From Balanoglossus misakiensis (taxonomy: Eukaryota; Animalia; Hemichordata): a stretch of DNA of 64,000 bases. The stretch spans positions 8,907,878-8,971,877 of the forward strand of contig CM082581.2 in NCBI GenBank assembly GCA_040954595.2, given 5' to 3'. The position numbers were made by a program, and so were the translations under genes. The first letter of the stretch is position 1. Every line of letters starts with the position of its first letter. This document shows, one piece after another, positions 63,809 to 64,000 of this stretch. Below the pieces are notes generated by a model, which saw only the letters and a program-made list of their open reading frames with translations, had not been told where the DNA came from and ran no database searches.

Positions 63809-64000
63809 CTTCGCCGTCATCTTTGAGCCATGAGCCACTGGTCCAGTTCGTGCATTCGTACAACATTTCATACCGTTCTTCATGTCGCTTGATTGTGTTC
63901 CTGGTTGTTTCTAGCTCAGCACGCAGCTTTGTACACAGGGAAAGCGCAGCTTTGGTGATGTAATCTAGGGGAACCAGTTGTGAATCGTGAGCCCTGCGGA
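63809..64000 (-). CDS. Penultimate coding exon (truncated by window edge) of the same unidentified gene (RRAHDSQLVPLDYITKAALSLCTKLRAELETTRNTIKRHEERYEMLYECTNWTSGSWLKDDGE)
   Basis: Open frame from the window end to the donor GAAG|gtgcgt. Phase 1 joins in frame to 63718. Confidence 0.68.

Noticed and set aside
63478-63963. 161-aa plus-strand ORF
   Set aside because: Antisense shadow of the minus-strand exons, which have proper splice sites and a consistent phase.

Overview
Eukaryotic (animal, probably marine invertebrate) AT-rich genomic DNA, so most entries in the prokaryote-style ORF track are spurious. Manual splice reconstruction gives three genes. (1) RBM41, the minor-spliceosome RRM protein paralogous to U11/U12-65K, on the minus strand: 7 coding exons over about 40 kb (57519->17318, about 459 aa), including a 21-kb intron. 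(2) MSL3 (chromo-barrel plus MRG domain) on the plus strand: 11 compact exons (57810-61268, about 570 aa), head-to-head with RBM41 across a gap of about 290 bp. (3) The last two exons of an unrecognised minus-strand gene entering from the right edge (stop at 63405). The first about 15 kb has no supportable gene. Repeats include several MITEs (PIF/Harbinger-, Tc1/mariner-, Kolobok- and hAT-like by TSD), a degenerate L2/CR1-group LINE fragment, a 55-bp minisatellite and microsatellites. I found no demonstrably new system. The best leads are RBM41 as a large-intron 'bystander' gene carrying enhancers, several signals suggesting post-transcriptional control of RBM41 (uORF/micro-exon, stop-introducing alternative donors, a possible 3'UTR intron, a long hairpin beside a 3' splice site), a visible CpG-depletion footprint and possible ancient RBM41-MSL3 linkage. 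All coordinates were read by eye and no database searches were run.
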